Part shown: piece after piece, positions 1-10,191 of the stretch
How the letters are laid out: each line of letters begins with the position of its first letter
How positions within the stretch are numbered: the stretch's first letter is position 1
Assembly: GCA_963771355.1 (NCBI GenBank)
Contig: CAVYTA010000007.1
Coordinates: 128,001-192,000, forward strand
Direction of reading: 5' to 3'
Length of the DNA: 64,000 bases
From: an uncultured Candidatus Rokubacteria bacterium
Lineage (GTDB): Bacteria; Methylomirabilota; Methylomirabilia; Rokubacteriales; CSP1-6
Notes under the pieces: model-generated
Database searches by the model: none
What the model saw: the letters and a program-made list of their open reading frames with translations, nothing else
What the model was told of the DNA's origin: nothing
Translations under genes and position numbers: made by a program

Positions 1-1221
1 GACGTCTGGGTGGACTCGGGCTGTAGCCATGCCGCCGTCCTCGAGACCCGCCCGGATCTCCGCTGGCCGGCGGACATGTATCTCGAGGGCTCGGACCAGC
101 ACCGCGGCTGGTTCCAGTCCTCGCTGCTCGAGGCGGTGGGGACGCGCGGCGAGCCGCCGTACCGGAGCGTGCTCACCCACGGCTTCACGGTGGACGGCTC
201 CGGGCGGAAGATGTCGAAGTCCGTGGGCAACTACCTCACCCAGGAGGAGCTGCTGCCGCGCTTCGGGGCCGACGTGCTCCGTCTCTGGGTGGCCGCCGAG
301 GACTACACCGAGGACATCCGCCTCTCTGACGAGATCCTCAACCGCCTCTCCGACGCCTACCGCCGCATCCGCAACACGTGGCGCTTCTTGCTCGGCACCC
401 TCGCCGACTTCGAGCCGGAGCGCGATCGCGTGTCCTACGATCAGATGGACGAGCTGGACCGCTGGGCGCTCCTCCGGCTGGGCGAGTTGATCACCCGGGT
501 GCGGCGGGCCTACGAGGAGTACCAGTACCACGTGGTCTTCCACTCGACGCACAACTTCTGCGCGGTGGAGCTGTCCGCCCTGTATCTGGACATCATCAAG
601 GACCGGCTCTACGCGTCCGCGCCCAACGACCCGCGCCGCCGCGCCGCGCAGACCGTCTGCTTCGAGGTGCTCACCGCCCTGACGCGGCTCCTCGCCCCCA
701 TCCTGACCTTCACCACCGACGAGGTGTGGGCCCATATCCCCGGCGCGGGCAAGCCCGAGAGCATCCACGTCACCACCTTCCCGGACGAGCGCGGCGAGTG
801 GGCCAGCGAGCGCCTCGCCGCCGAATGGGAGCGGCTGCTGGAGGTGCGGGGCGAGGTCTCGCGCGCGCTCGAGACCGCGCGCAAGGCGGGGCGCATCGGC
901 AAGGGTATCGACGCGGTACTGTACGTGGTGAGCGCACCGGAAGAGGAGTGGCTGCCGCTGCTGGTGGCCAAGGGCGCCCCGCTCCTCACCACCGTGTTCA
1001 ACGTCTCCGGGGTGCGGCTGCGCGAGAGTCCTTCGGCAGGGGACGCCATCACCTACGAGAGCGCCGACATCCCCGGGCTCGTGCTCGCGGTGGTGCCCGC
1101 GCAGGCGCTGGGGTGGAAGAAGTGCGAGCGCTGCTGGCTGTGGAGCCCGCGGGTGGGCGAGGACCGCGAGCATCCCACGCTCTGCGAGCGCTGCGCGCCG
1201 GTGGTGCGCGCGCTCCGCTAG
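1..1221 (+). CDS. ileS: Isoleucine--tRNA ligase, C-terminal part (5' end outside window)
   Basis: GSDQHRGWF and KMSKS motifs, C-terminal CERC..CERC zinc finger; followed by lspA. Confidence 0.97.
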   Translation, partial: DVWVDSGCSHAAVLETRPDLRWPADMYLEGSDQHRGWFQSSLLEAVGTRGEPPYRSVLTHGFTVDGSGRKMSKSVGNYLTQEELLPRFGADVLRLWVAAEDYTEDIRLSDEILNRLSDAYRRIRNTWRFLLGTLADFEPERDRVSYDQMDELDRWALLRLGELITRVRRAYEEYQYHVVFHSTHNFCAVELSALYLDIIKDRLYASAPNDPRRRAAQTVCFEVLTALTRLLAPILTFTTDEVWAHIPGAGKPESIHVTTFPDERGEWASERLAAEWERLLEVRGEVSRALETARKAGRIGKGIDAVLYVVSAPEEEWLPLLVAKGAPLLTTVFNVSGVRLRESPSAGDAITYESADIPGLVLAVVPAQALGWKKCERCWLWSPRVGEDREHPTLCERCAPVVRALR

Positions 1222-1695
1222 ATGAGGCTCATCGCCGCGCTCGCGGCCCTGATCTTCGTCACGGACCACGTCACCAAGTACTTCGCCCTCCGCCATCTTC
1301 GCCTGGGCGTGCCGGTGCCGGTGGTGGACGGGCTCTTCGCCCTGACCCTCGTCATGAACCCGGGACTGGCGTTCGGCATGCTGGGCGGGATCCCCGAGTC
1401 GCTGCGCTGGATGGTGGGCGTCCTCTCGCTGGGTGCCCTCATCCTCCTCGCCGTGCTCGCCGCTCGCGTCCTGCCGACCGGCGGGCCCTGGGCGCGGGTG
1501 GCGCTGGGCCTCATCTTCGGAGGCGCCGCCGGCAATCTCGTGGACCGCGTGCGCTTCGGCGCGGTGGTGGACTTCCTGGATTTCTACTGGCGCGACTACC
1601 ACTGGCCCGCGTTCAACGTGGCGGACTCGGCCATCAGCGTGGGCGTCACCCTCCTCGCCCTTCGCATGCTGGTCGAGGCGCCCGCCAAGGCCTGA
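1222..1695 (+). CDS. lspA: Lipoprotein signal peptidase II
   Basis: NPGLAFG, GNLVDR, VVDFLD and FNVADSAI motifs; directly after ileS. Confidence 0.95.
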   Translation: MRLIAALAALIFVTDHVTKYFALRHLRLGVPVPVVDGLFALTLVMNPGLAFGMLGGIPESLRWMVGVLSLGALILLAVLAARVLPTGGPWARVALGLIFGGAAGNLVDRVRFGAVVDFLDFYWRDYHWPAFNVADSAISVGVTLLALRMLVEAPAKA

Positions 1696-1708
1696 GCCCC
1701 GCGCGGCC

Positions 1709-2686
1709 GTGGCAGGCCCGGCTCCGCGCCAGCTCGCCGACACCGTCGCGCCCGCGGAGGCCGGTGTCCGGCTCGACCGCTGGCTGAACGCGCGGCTTCC
1801 CGATCTCTCGCGCACCCGCGTGCAGGCGCTGGTGGAGGCGGGCCTGGTGCGGGTGGCCGGCCGGCCCGCCAAGGCCTCGCGCCGGCTCAAGGTGGGGGAG
1901 CGGGTGGAGGCGGAGGTGCCTCCGCCTCCGCCCGAGGAGCTCACCCCCGAGGCGGTCGATCTCCACGTGATCTTCGAGGACGCCCACGTGCTCGTGGTGG
2001 ACAAGCCCGCGGGCATGGTCACCCATCCCGGCGCGGGTCGCGACACGGGCACGCTGGCCGCCGCCGCCCTCGCGCATGCGCCGGGCGTCGCGGGCGTGGG
2101 CGGCCCGCGCCGCCCCGGCATCGTGCATCGCCTCGACAAGGGCACGTCGGGCCTCATCGTCCTGGCCAAGACCCAGGCCGCGTACGAGGCGCTCACCGCC
2201 CAGCTCGCCCGCCGCTCGGTGAGCCGGCGCTATCTCTGCCTGGTGCATGGCCGGGTCAAGCGGGACGCCGGGACGATCGACGCGCCCATCGGCCGCGACC
2301 CGCGCTCTCGCGTGCGCATGGCGGTCGTGACGGGTGGAAGAGGCAGGCGGTCGATCACGCGCTTCCGGGTGCTGGAGCGCTGGCCGGGCGTGAGCTATGT
2401 CGAGTGCCGGCTGGAGACCGGGCGAACGCATCAGATCCGGGTGCACCTGGCCTCGCTGGGCCACCCGCTCCTGGGCGACGAGACTTACGGTCGCCGCCGC
2501 GCCTCCGCGGCGGGCGGCCCCGTGCCCCTGCCGCTGCTCGAGGGGCTGGGCGGGGTCGCCCTACATGCCGCCGGGCTGGCCTTCGTTCATCCCGCTACCG
2601 GCGAGCTGGTGGCGTTCGAGTCCGCGCTTCCCGGCCGCATGGCGCGCCTGCTGGATGCCCTTCGTGGGGGCGGCGCCCGACGCTGA
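1709..2686 (+). CDS. rluD: RluA/RluD family pseudouridine synthase
   Basis: S4 domain (RLDRWL), HRLDKGTSG, GRTHQIRVH; GTG start at 1709 inferred. Confidence 0.9.
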   Translation: MAGPAPRQLADTVAPAEAGVRLDRWLNARLPDLSRTRVQALVEAGLVRVAGRPAKASRRLKVGERVEAEVPPPPPEELTPEAVDLHVIFEDAHVLVVDKPAGMVTHPGAGRDTGTLAAAALAHAPGVAGVGGPRRPGIVHRLDKGTSGLIVLAKTQAAYEALTAQLARRSVSRRYLCLVHGRVKRDAGTIDAPIGRDPRSRVRMAVVTGGRGRRSITRFRVLERWPGVSYVECRLETGRTHQIRVHLASLGHPLLGDETYGRRRASAAGGPVPLPLLEGLGGVALHAAGLAFVHPATGELVAFESALPGRMARLLDALRGGGARR

Positions 2687-2799
2687 ACTGTCTCCTCCGC
2701 GCGCCCAAATTTGCGCGGCGCTGTCGCTTCCCCACACCTCGGCAGCCCGCCATGCCCCCTAAGTAGAGGAATTTCCGAGGCAGGCGCGGGCGAAAGCCT

Positions 2800-2815
2800 T
2801 GGCACTCCACGTGCT
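2800..2815 (+). promoter_or_regulatory. Putative sigma54 (-24/-12) promoter upstream of glmU
   Basis: TGGCAC-tccac-GTGCT with GG 2801-2 and GC 2813-4 at canonical spacing. Confidence 0.55.
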
Positions 2816-2828
2816 AATCTGAAGTGCC

Positions 2829-4220
2829 ATGACGCCCACCCTCACGGCCATCATCCTCGCGGCGGGCGAGTCCAAGCGGATGCGCTCCCGCCGTCCCAAG
2901 GTGCTGCACCCCCTCTGCGGCCGCCCCCTGATCGAGTACCCGATGCAGGTGACGCGGGCGCTGGGAGCCCGCGTGGTCCTCGTCGTGGGCCGGGCGGCGG
3001 ACGACGTGCGCGCGACGGTGGGGACGGCGCCCGACCTCACGTACGTGGAGCAGGCGGAGCGACGGGGCACCGGCCATGCCGTGCTCCAGGCGCGCCCCGC
3101 CTGCCCCGCCGGCGCCGGCGTGATCCTGGTGCTGCCCGCCGACCAGCCCCTCATGTCCGAGACCATGCTACGCGGGCTGGTGGACCATCACCGGGCCACC
3201 GGCGCCGCCGCCACCCTGCTCACCGCGTGCCTGGACGATCCCACCGGCTATGGCCGCGTGCTGCGCGAGGGCGGGCAGCCCGTTGCCATCGTCGAGCATC
3301 GCGACGCCACGCCCGCGCAGCGCGAGATCCGCGAGATCGGCACCTCCGTCTACTGCTTCGACGCGGCGACCTTCTGGCCGGCGCTGGACCAGGTGACGCC
3401 GCAGAACGAGCAGGGAGAGTACTACCTCACGGACGTGATCGGGATTCTCCGCCGGGAGGGCCGCCGCCTCGAGGCCATGATCGCCGCCGACGCGCGCGAG
3501 TGCCTCGGCATCAACGACCGCCGCCAGCTCGCCCAGCTCGCCGCCGTCCACCGCGTCCGTATCCTGGACCGCCTCATGCTCGAGGGCGTCACCGTGCTCG
3601 ACCCCGCCTCCACCTACGTGGACGACACGGTGACGATCGGCCCCGACACCGTGCTCTATCCGGGCGTGACGCTCGAGGGCGCCACCAGCATCGGCGCCGC
3701 GTGCGTGATCGGCACCGGCTCCCAGATCGCCGCCAGCCGCCTGGGCGACCAGATCCACGTGAAGCCGTACTGCGTGCTGACGGAGGCGGTGGTGGAGGAG
3801 GGCGCCCAGCTCGGGCCCTTCTGCCATCTGCGCCCGCTCTCGCACGTGGGGCCGAACGCCAAGATCGGCAACTTCGTGGAGCTGAAGAAGTCGAAGATCG
3901 GCCGCGGCGCCAAGGTGCCGCACCTTTCCTACGTGGGCGACGCCCAGGTGGGAGCGGGGGCCAATCTCGGCGCCGGGACCATCACCTGCAACTACGACGG
4001 CGTCCACAAGCACGAGACGGTGATCGGGGCGGGCGCCTTCATCGGGACCAACTCGAGCCTGGTGGCGCCGGTCACCATCGGCGAGGGCGCCTACGTGGCC
4101 GCGGGCTCGGTCATCACCAAGACCGTGCCGCCGGGGGCGCTGGCGGTGGCGCGCGGGCGCCAGGAGACACGCGAGGGCTGGGCGGCGCGGCGGAAAGAGA
4201 CGCGAAAGGCCAAGGAGTAG
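2829..4220 (+). CDS. glmU: Bifunctional UDP-GlcNAc pyrophosphorylase / GlcN-1-P acetyltransferase
   Basis: ILAAGESKRM..PKVLH, EYYLTD, hexapeptide repeats, HLSYVGDA, TCNYDG. Confidence 0.97.
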   Translation: MTPTLTAIILAAGESKRMRSRRPKVLHPLCGRPLIEYPMQVTRALGARVVLVVGRAADDVRATVGTAPDLTYVEQAERRGTGHAVLQARPACPAGAGVILVLPADQPLMSETMLRGLVDHHRATGAAATLLTACLDDPTGYGRVLREGGQPVAIVEHRDATPAQREIREIGTSVYCFDAATFWPALDQVTPQNEQGEYYLTDVIGILRREGRRLEAMIAADARECLGINDRRQLAQLAAVHRVRILDRLMLEGVTVLDPASTYVDDTVTIGPDTVLYPGVTLEGATSIGAACVIGTGSQIAASRLGDQIHVKPYCVLTEAVVEEGAQLGPFCHLRPLSHVGPNAKIGNFVELKKSKIGRGAKVPHLSYVGDAQVGAGANLGAGTITCNYDGVHKHETVIGAGAFIGTNSSLVAPVTIGEGAYVAAGSVITKTVPPGALAVARGRQETREGWAARRKETRKAKE

Positions 4221-4224
4221 GGCG

Positions 4225-6063
4225 ATGTGCGGCATCGTCGGCTACGTCGGGGACAAGAGCGCGGCCGAGATCATCCTGGAGGGTCTCAAGAAGCTCGAGT
4301 ACCGCGGCTATGACTCGGCGGGGATCGCGGTGCTGGGGCCGGAGGGGCTGCAGGTCCGGCGCGCCGCCGGCCGCATCAAGGGGCTCGAGGCGCTCATGCG
4401 CGAGAAGCCCCTGGTGGGATCGATCGGCGTGGGGCACACCCGCTGGGCCACTCACGGCCGTCCCACCGACGAGAACGCGCATCCCCATACCGACCACTCC
4501 GGTAATCTGGTGGTGGTCCACAACGGCATCATCGAGAACTATCTCCCCATCAAGGAGCGCCTGATCGCCGAGGGCCACGTCTTCAAGTCGGAGACGGACA
4601 CCGAGGTGATCGCCCACCTCATCGAGCGGCATCTCCGCGACACGCCGCGACTGGACGAGGCCACGCGCCGGGCGCTGCGCGAGCTGCGCGGGTCCTATGC
4701 CATCGTGGTGCTGGCCAGGAGCACGCCGGAGCGGCTGGTGGCGGCCAAGCACGGCGCCGGCAGCGTGGTGGTGGGGCTCGGCGCCGGCGAGACCTATCTC
4801 GCCTCCGACATTCCCGCGCTGCTGGCGCATACGCGGGACATGGTGATTCTCGAGGACGAGGACATCGCGGTGGTCACGCGCCACGGGGTGGAGGTCACCA
4901 AGCTCGACGGGGCGCCCGCCGAGCGCCTGCCCACCCGCATCCTGTGGGACCCCATCCTCGCCGAGAAGGGCGGGTATCGTCACTTCATGCTGAAGGAGAT
5001 CTACGAGCAGCCGCGCGCCGCCACCGACACCCTCCGCGGGCGCGTCTCGCCGGAGAGCGGCAGCGTGGTACTGCCCGACATCAATCTCGATCCCGAGATC
5101 ACCTCCAGCTTGTCCCGGGTCGTCCTCCTCGCCTGCGGCACGTCGTATCACGCCGCCCTCGTGGGACGCGTCCTCATCGAGCGCCTCACCGGTCTCCCCG
5201 CCGAGGTGGACGTGGCTTCCGAGTGGCGCTACCGCGACGCGCCGGTGGGCCCGGACACCCTGGTGGTGGCGCTGTCCCAGTCCGGCGAGACCGCCGACAC
5301 CCTCGGCGCGGTCAAGGCCGCCCGGCTCAAGGGCGCGCCCATCGTCGGCATCACCAACGTGGTGGGCTCCGCGCTGGCGCGCGAGGCCACCGGCATCGTC
5401 TACACCCCGGCCGGTCCCGAGATCGGCGTGGCGTCGTCCAAGACCTTCACCGCCACCATCATGGCGAGCTATCTTCTCGCGCTGTGGCTGAGCCGCCATC
5501 GCGGCACCCTCACCCCGGAGGCCGGCCGGCAGCACGTACAGGGCCTGCTGGAGCTGCCGCGGCTCATCGAGAAGACGCTGGAGCTGGACGCGGCGGTGGC
5601 CACCCTCGCCCGCGAGCTCACGCGCTTCAAGGACTTCCTCTTCTTCGCGCGCGGCATCCACTTCCCCATTGCCCTCGAGGGCGCGCTCAAGCTCAAGGAG
5701 CTGTCCTATCTCCACGCCGAGGGCTATCCCGCCGGGGAGATGAAGCACGGGCCCATCGCCCTCATCGACGAGAACATGCCGGTGGTGGCGCTGGTCCCCA
5801 AGGACAGCACCTACGACCGCATGATGAGCAGTGTCGAGGAAGTGCGCGCGCGCGACGGCCGCGTGATCGCGCTGGCCCACGAGGGCGACCGCGAGATCAA
5901 GGCCAAGGCGGACTGGGTGATCGCGGTCCCCGCCGCCTCCGAGCTGCTCTCGCCCATCCTGATGGCGATCCCGCTGCAGCTCCTCGCGTATCACGTCGCC
6001 GTGCGTCTGGGCCGCGACGTGGACCAGCCGCGCAACCTGGCCAAGTCCGTCACCGTCGAGTAG
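4225..6063 (+). CDS. glmS: Glutamine--fructose-6-phosphate transaminase
   Basis: MCGIVG N-terminus, HTRWATHG, C-terminal [11 protein letters not shown]. Confidence 0.98.
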   Translation: MCGIVGYVGDKSAAEIILEGLKKLEYRGYDSAGIAVLGPEGLQVRRAAGRIKGLEALMREKPLVGSIGVGHTRWATHGRPTDENAHPHTDHSGNLVVVHNGIIENYLPIKERLIAEGHVFKSETDTEVIAHLIERHLRDTPRLDEATRRALRELRGSYAIVVLARSTPERLVAAKHGAGSVVVGLGAGETYLASDIPALLAHTRDMVILEDEDIAVVTRHGVEVTKLDGAPAERLPTRILWDPILAEKGGYRHFMLKEIYEQPRAATDTLRGRVSPESGSVVLPDINLDPEITSSLSRVVLLACGTSYHAALVGRVLIERLTGLPAEVDVASEWRYRDAPVGPDTLVVALSQSGETADTLGAVKAARLKGAPIVGITNVVGSALAREATGIVYTPAGPEIGVASSKTFTATIMASYLLALWLSRHRGTLTPEAGRQHVQGLLELPRLIEKTLELDAAVATLARELTRFKDFLFFARGIHFPIALEGALKLKELSYLHAEGYPAGEMKHGPIALIDENMPVVALVPKDSTYDRMMSSVEEVRARDGRVIALAHEGDREIKAKADWVIAVPAASELLSPILMAIPLQLLAYHVAVRLGRDVDQPRNLAKSVTVE

Positions 6064-6134
6064 CCGCTTCGCCGGTGGGCGGGCCCGCGCCGCCCCTACC
6101 CGCCCGCCTTCGGGCGCGCTATGATCGCCGCATC

Positions 6135-6857
6135 ATGGCGACCACCGTGACGGAGATCGCGCCGGACGTCTTTCGCATCTCGACCTTCCACCCCCTTTAC
6201 GGCATCCAGTTCAACCAGTTCCTGGTCCGGGACGAGGAGCCGTTCCTCATGCATACCGGCTTCCGGAAGATGTTCGCCGCGACGCTGGAGGGCGTGCGGT
6301 CCGTGCTCGACCCCGCGAGCCTTCGCTGGATCGGCTTCAGTCATTTCGAGCCGGACGAGTGCGGGGCGCTCAACGAGTGGCTCCGGATCGCTCCGCGGGC
6401 CCAGGCGGTGAGCAGCGTCGTGGGCTCGGCGGTGATGCTGGACGACTTCGCCGACCGGCCCGCGCGGCCCCTCGCGGACGAGGAGGTGCTCGGTCTGGGG
6501 CGGCGTCGCCTGCGCTTCCTCTCGACTCCGCATGTCCCGCATGCCTGGGACGCGGGCCTCTTCTTCGAGGAGACCGACCGCACGCTCCTCTGCTCCGATC
6601 TCTTCTTTCACGGGGGTGACCCGGAGCCGTTGACGGAGTCGGACATCGTGGCGCGCGCGCGGGCGGCCATCCTCCAGGGCATCGCAGGCCCGATGCCGAA
6701 GGACATGCCCTTCACGCCGTATACCGAGAGCACGCTCGCCCGTCTCGCCGCGCTCGGGCCGTCGACCCTGGCCGTCATGCACGGCAGCTCGTTTCGCGGG
6801 GATGGGCGGACGGCGTTGCTCGAGCTCTCCGCGGTCGTCAAGGAGCTCCTGGGGTGA
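6135..6857 (+). CDS. MBL-fold metallo-hydrolase (FprA/ODP-like lactamase domain)
   Basis: [19 protein letters not shown] and MHG motifs; ATG at 6135 within the longer called ORF. Confidence 0.8.
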   Translation: MATTVTEIAPDVFRISTFHPLYGIQFNQFLVRDEEPFLMHTGFRKMFAATLEGVRSVLDPASLRWIGFSHFEPDECGALNEWLRIAPRAQAVSSVVGSAVMLDDFADRPARPLADEEVLGLGRRRLRFLSTPHVPHAWDAGLFFEETDRTLLCSDLFFHGGDPEPLTESDIVARARAAILQGIAGPMPKDMPFTPYTESTLARLAALGPSTLAVMHGSSFRGDGRTALLELSAVVKELLG

Positions 6858-7456
6858 TGGTCTACCTGCTGGATCTCCTCGGCGTCGCCGTCTTCGCGGT
6901 GAGCGGAGCGCTCGCGGCGGGGCGCACGGGGCTGGACCTCCTGGGCGTGGTCGTGATCGCGGCCATCACCGCGGTCGGTGGCGGCACGCTGCGCGACCTG
7001 CTCCTGAACCGCCATCCGATCTTCTGGATCGCCGACCCGGTCTATCTTTTCGTCATCTGCGGGGCCGCGCTCCTCACTGTCCTCTACGCGCGGCTGAAGC
7101 CGCCGCCCGGGCACACGCTCCTCGTGGCCGACGCGCTCGGGCTGGCGCTCTTCGCGCTGTCCGGCGCCCAGATCGCCGAAGCGGCGGGGCTGTCGCCGAT
7201 CATCGTGGTCCTCATGGGCACCATGACCGGAGTAGCCGGCGGAGTGCTACGCGATATTCTCAGCGCGGAGATCCCCCTCATCCTGCGGCGCGACATCTAC
7301 GCCACCGCGGCCATCGCGGGCGTCACCATGTACTTGATGCTGCAGGCGCTCGGCCTCCGGCGTCCGTGGGCGTTCGGTGCGGGCATGACGGTGGTGGTGG
7401 GGCTCCGCCTCCTCGCCATCTACCGGGGCATGCAGCTGCCCATCTTCCGCGTGTAG
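6854..7456 (+). CDS. Trimeric intracellular cation channel family (UPF0126/YadS-like) membrane protein
   Basis: Duplicated GGGTLRD / GGVLRD motifs, DALGLALF. Confidence 0.88.
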   Translation: MMVYLLDLLGVAVFAVSGALAAGRTGLDLLGVVVIAAITAVGGGTLRDLLLNRHPIFWIADPVYLFVICGAALLTVLYARLKPPPGHTLLVADALGLALFALSGAQIAEAAGLSPIIVVLMGTMTGVAGGVLRDILSAEIPLILRRDIYATAAIAGVTMYLMLQALGLRRPWAFGAGMTVVVGLRLLAIYRGMQLPIFRV

Positions 7457-7470
7457 TCCCGGGAGGGACC

Positions 7471-7626
7471 ATGCCGAGAGCGATCGTCGGCGGGCTGGAC
7501 GTCGAATACGCGGTGCGCGAGCTCCTGCCCCGGCCGGAGCTGTGGCCGGTGATGCCGCCCGAGCAGACGACGGAGCGCGTGGTGGCCCGCATCGTCGAGT
7601 TCGGCCGCGCTCACCCGATACGATGA
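7471..7626 (+). pseudogene. 51-aa ORF, probable internally deleted alpha/beta-hydrolase remnant
   Basis: GGAGGG SD; N-terminus MPRAIVGGLDVEY joined directly to a C-terminal-like segment (ELWPVMPPEQT..RIVEF). Confidence 0.4.
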
Positions 7627-7639
7627 GACGCGCGCTGTG

Positions 7640-8569
7640 ATGGCGACGGCCTACACGGGAAACGGCCCCTACTGCTACAGCAATAGCCTGCACATGTGCC
7701 TGACGCAGGCCGGAATGGCCGCGGTGCCCCCGGTGGGCCTCCTCGAGTGCATGACGGGGATGCCGTTCGGCGCGAGCTTCCTGGCGCTCGACGTCCCGCT
7801 GTTCTTTCCGAGCCCCGGCGCCGGGACCAATCCCGATCGCGGCCTCACGCGGGCGCTGGACACCATGGGCTGGGACTGTACCCTTCGCCGCTTCGAGGAC
7901 GCAGGCGCGGCCGAGGCGGGGCTCCGCGAGGGGCTCGCGGTCGGGCCGGTGCTGCTGGGCCCGCTCGACATGGGCGGCCTCTCCTACGACCCGTTGCACG
8001 AGCATAAGCGCGGCGGGGATCACTTCGTGGTGGCGCTCGCGCGCGAGGGAGACCGCGTGCGGCTCCACGACCCGCAGGCGTATCCGTTCGCGGTGCTGCC
8101 ACTGCCCGATCTCATGCGGGCCTGGAGCGCCAGGGGCATCGGCTATGCCACCGCGCCCTACACATTACGTTGTGCGTTCAGCGCGCGGCGATCGGTATCG
8201 GAGCCGGAGATGCTGACGCGCACGCTCGAGACGGCTCGGGAGATGGCCGCCGGCGTGCCCGCGGGGCCGGTGGCGTATGGCGGGGCCCTGGCCTTCGGCC
8301 GCGCGGCCGCGTGCTTGCGGGACCGGCCGCCGGAGTCCTTCACCGGGATGCTGGTGTACTTCGGGTTGCCGCTGGGGGCACGACGCTGCGGGGACGCCGC
8401 GAGCTTCCTCGAGGGGATGGGGAAGCGCGAGGCGGCGCGCCGGATGGTCGAGAAAGGCGAGGCCTACGGCGAGGCCCAGTATCACGCCGCCCACAAGGAC
8501 TGGACGCGGACGGCCGACGTCTTCGACCGCCTGGCCCACATCGAGACGGACTTCGCGGCCGCGCTGTGA
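7640..8569 (+). CDS. Hypothetical protein with papain-like/C39 (BtrH-N-like) Cys-His-Asp pattern
   Basis: N-terminal PYCYSNSL, DHFVVAL, LHDP. Confidence 0.6.
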   Translation: MATAYTGNGPYCYSNSLHMCLTQAGMAAVPPVGLLECMTGMPFGASFLALDVPLFFPSPGAGTNPDRGLTRALDTMGWDCTLRRFEDAGAAEAGLREGLAVGPVLLGPLDMGGLSYDPLHEHKRGGDHFVVALAREGDRVRLHDPQAYPFAVLPLPDLMRAWSARGIGYATAPYTLRCAFSARRSVSEPEMLTRTLETAREMAAGVPAGPVAYGGALAFGRAAACLRDRPPESFTGMLVYFGLPLGARRCGDAASFLEGMGKREAARRMVEKGEAYGEAQYHAAHKDWTRTADVFDRLAHIETDFAAAL

Positions 8570-8612
8570 GCGCGCCTGTGCTCTAGTCAGCCGCTGGGAC
8601 GGGGAGAACCTG

Positions 8613-8885
8613 ATGCTCTACATGATCATCGAGCACTTCCGCGAGGGCGACCCGGTGCCGGTGTATCGCCGCTTCCGCGACCAGGGGCGAATGGCGCCGG
8701 ACGGGCTCCGCTATATCTCGAGCTGGGTCACGAAAGACCTCGGCCGGTGCTATCAGCTCATGGAGTGCGACGATCGGGCGCTCCTCGAGCAATGGGCGGC
8801 GCGATGGAGCGACCTGGCGGAGATGGAGATCCATCCGGTGGTCACCTCGGCGGAGGCGGTGGCCGCGGTCGGCCCGCGGCTCTGA
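8613..8885 (+). CDS. DUF3303 family small protein
   Basis: MLYMIIEHF..VYRRF..G.M.PDGL.Y..SWV pattern; GGGGAG SD. Confidence 0.75.
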   Translation: MLYMIIEHFREGDPVPVYRRFRDQGRMAPDGLRYISSWVTKDLGRCYQLMECDDRALLEQWAARWSDLAEMEIHPVVTSAEAVAAVGPRL

Positions 8886-8901
8886 GCGCGCTGGACGCGC
8901 C

Positions 8902-10164
8902 GTGACCTCCGTCTCGCCCATGGTCACCACCACGCCGGAGCGCGCCGAGGTGCCGCCGCCGCTCGCCGTTCCGCCGCACGAGGTGGCGCCGGAGTTGTTG
9001 ATGCACCGCGCGTTCGTCAACACCTATGCGCTCCGCACCCCCGACGGACTGCTTCTGGTGGACCCCGGGCTCCTCCGCAATGCCAGATCAGTCTACGACG
9101 CCGTGCGCGCGTGGAGCCCGGCGCCGCTCCACACCGCCGTCTATACCCACGGACACGTGGACCACGCCTTCGGGCTCGGCGCCTTCCTCGAGGCGGGCGA
9201 GCGGCCGGCCGTCGTGGCCCAGGAGCTGTGCGTCCAGCGCTTTCGACGCTATCGTCTCACCCACGGGCTCAACAACCACATCAACCGGCGCCAGTTCGGC
9301 AATCCCGCGATCACGTTTCCCGAAGAATTCATCTGGCCCACCCTCACGTTCCGCGAGTCGCTGGTGCAGCATCTCGGAGGTCAGGAGGTGCAGTACCACG
9401 CGGCCAAGGGCGAGACGGACGACCACTGCTTCGTCTGGATTCCCGGGCGCGGGTACCTCTTCACCGGCGACCTCATCCTCTGGGTGGCGCCCAATTGCGG
9501 CAATCCCCAGAAGGTCCAGCGCTATCCCGCCGAGTGGGCGGACGCGCTCGAGCGCATGGCGGCGCTCGACGCGGACTGGCTCTTCCCCGGCCACGGGTAT
9601 GTCGTCCACGGGCGGGAGGCGGTGCGCGCGGTCCTGACGGACACCGCCCGCTACCTGCGCGTCATCGTGGACCAGGTGCTGGCGCGGATGAATGCGGGCG
9701 AGACGCCGGAGGTGATCTTCCACGCGGTGGAGCCGGACCCGGTGCTGGCGACGCGGCCGTATCTCCGGGCGCGCTACGATCACCCCAAGTTCATCGTGCG
9801 CAACCTCCTGCGCCTCTGGGGCGGCTGGTGGGACGGTAACGCGGCGAACCTCCTGCCCGCGACCTGGGAGGCGCAGGCGCGCGAGATCGCCGCGCTCGCG
9901 GGCGGAGTCGAGGCGGTGGTGGCGCGCGGCCGTCGCCTGCTCGAGGCGGGCGACCTCGCCCTGGCCGCGCACCTGGCGGAGTGGGCCACGCGCGCCGCGC
10001 CCGAGGGTATTGAGGCACAGCGCCTCAAGCGCGACGTCTACGCGCGCCGGCTCGAGGAGGCCGAGGCGGTGATGGCGCAGGGAATCTTCCGCGCCGCCAT
10101 GAACGACGCGCGGGCGGCGCTGGGCGAGGCACCGCAGCGGCCGGCGGGCCCGATCACCCTCTGA
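8902..10164 (+). CDS. Alkyl sulfatase-like MBL-fold hydrolase with dimerization domain
   Basis: THGHVDH, GETDDH, TGDL, PGHG, GGWWDGN; start may be ATG 8920. Confidence 0.85.
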   Translation: MTSVSPMVTTTPERAEVPPPLAVPPHEVAPELLMHRAFVNTYALRTPDGLLLVDPGLLRNARSVYDAVRAWSPAPLHTAVYTHGHVDHAFGLGAFLEAGERPAVVAQELCVQRFRRYRLTHGLNNHINRRQFGNPAITFPEEFIWPTLTFRESLVQHLGGQEVQYHAAKGETDDHCFVWIPGRGYLFTGDLILWVAPNCGNPQKVQRYPAEWADALERMAALDADWLFPGHGYVVHGREAVRAVLTDTARYLRVIVDQVLARMNAGETPEVIFHAVEPDPVLATRPYLRARYDHPKFIVRNLLRLWGGWWDGNAANLLPATWEAQAREIAALAGGVEAVVARGRRLLEAGDLALAAHLAEWATRAAPEGIEAQRLKRDVYARRLEEAEAVMAQGIFRAAMNDARAALGEAPQRPAGPITL

Positions 10165-10191
10165 CCTGGGACCAGGCGAACGGGGACCAGG

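Noticed and set aside
2687..4225. glmS ribozyme
   Set aside because: The glmU-glmS gap is 4 nt and no ribozyme core is recognisable upstream of glmU.
6030..6135. Tn7 insertion at attTn7
   Set aside because: No TGT..ACA ends, TnsB-site arrays or tns genes after glmS.
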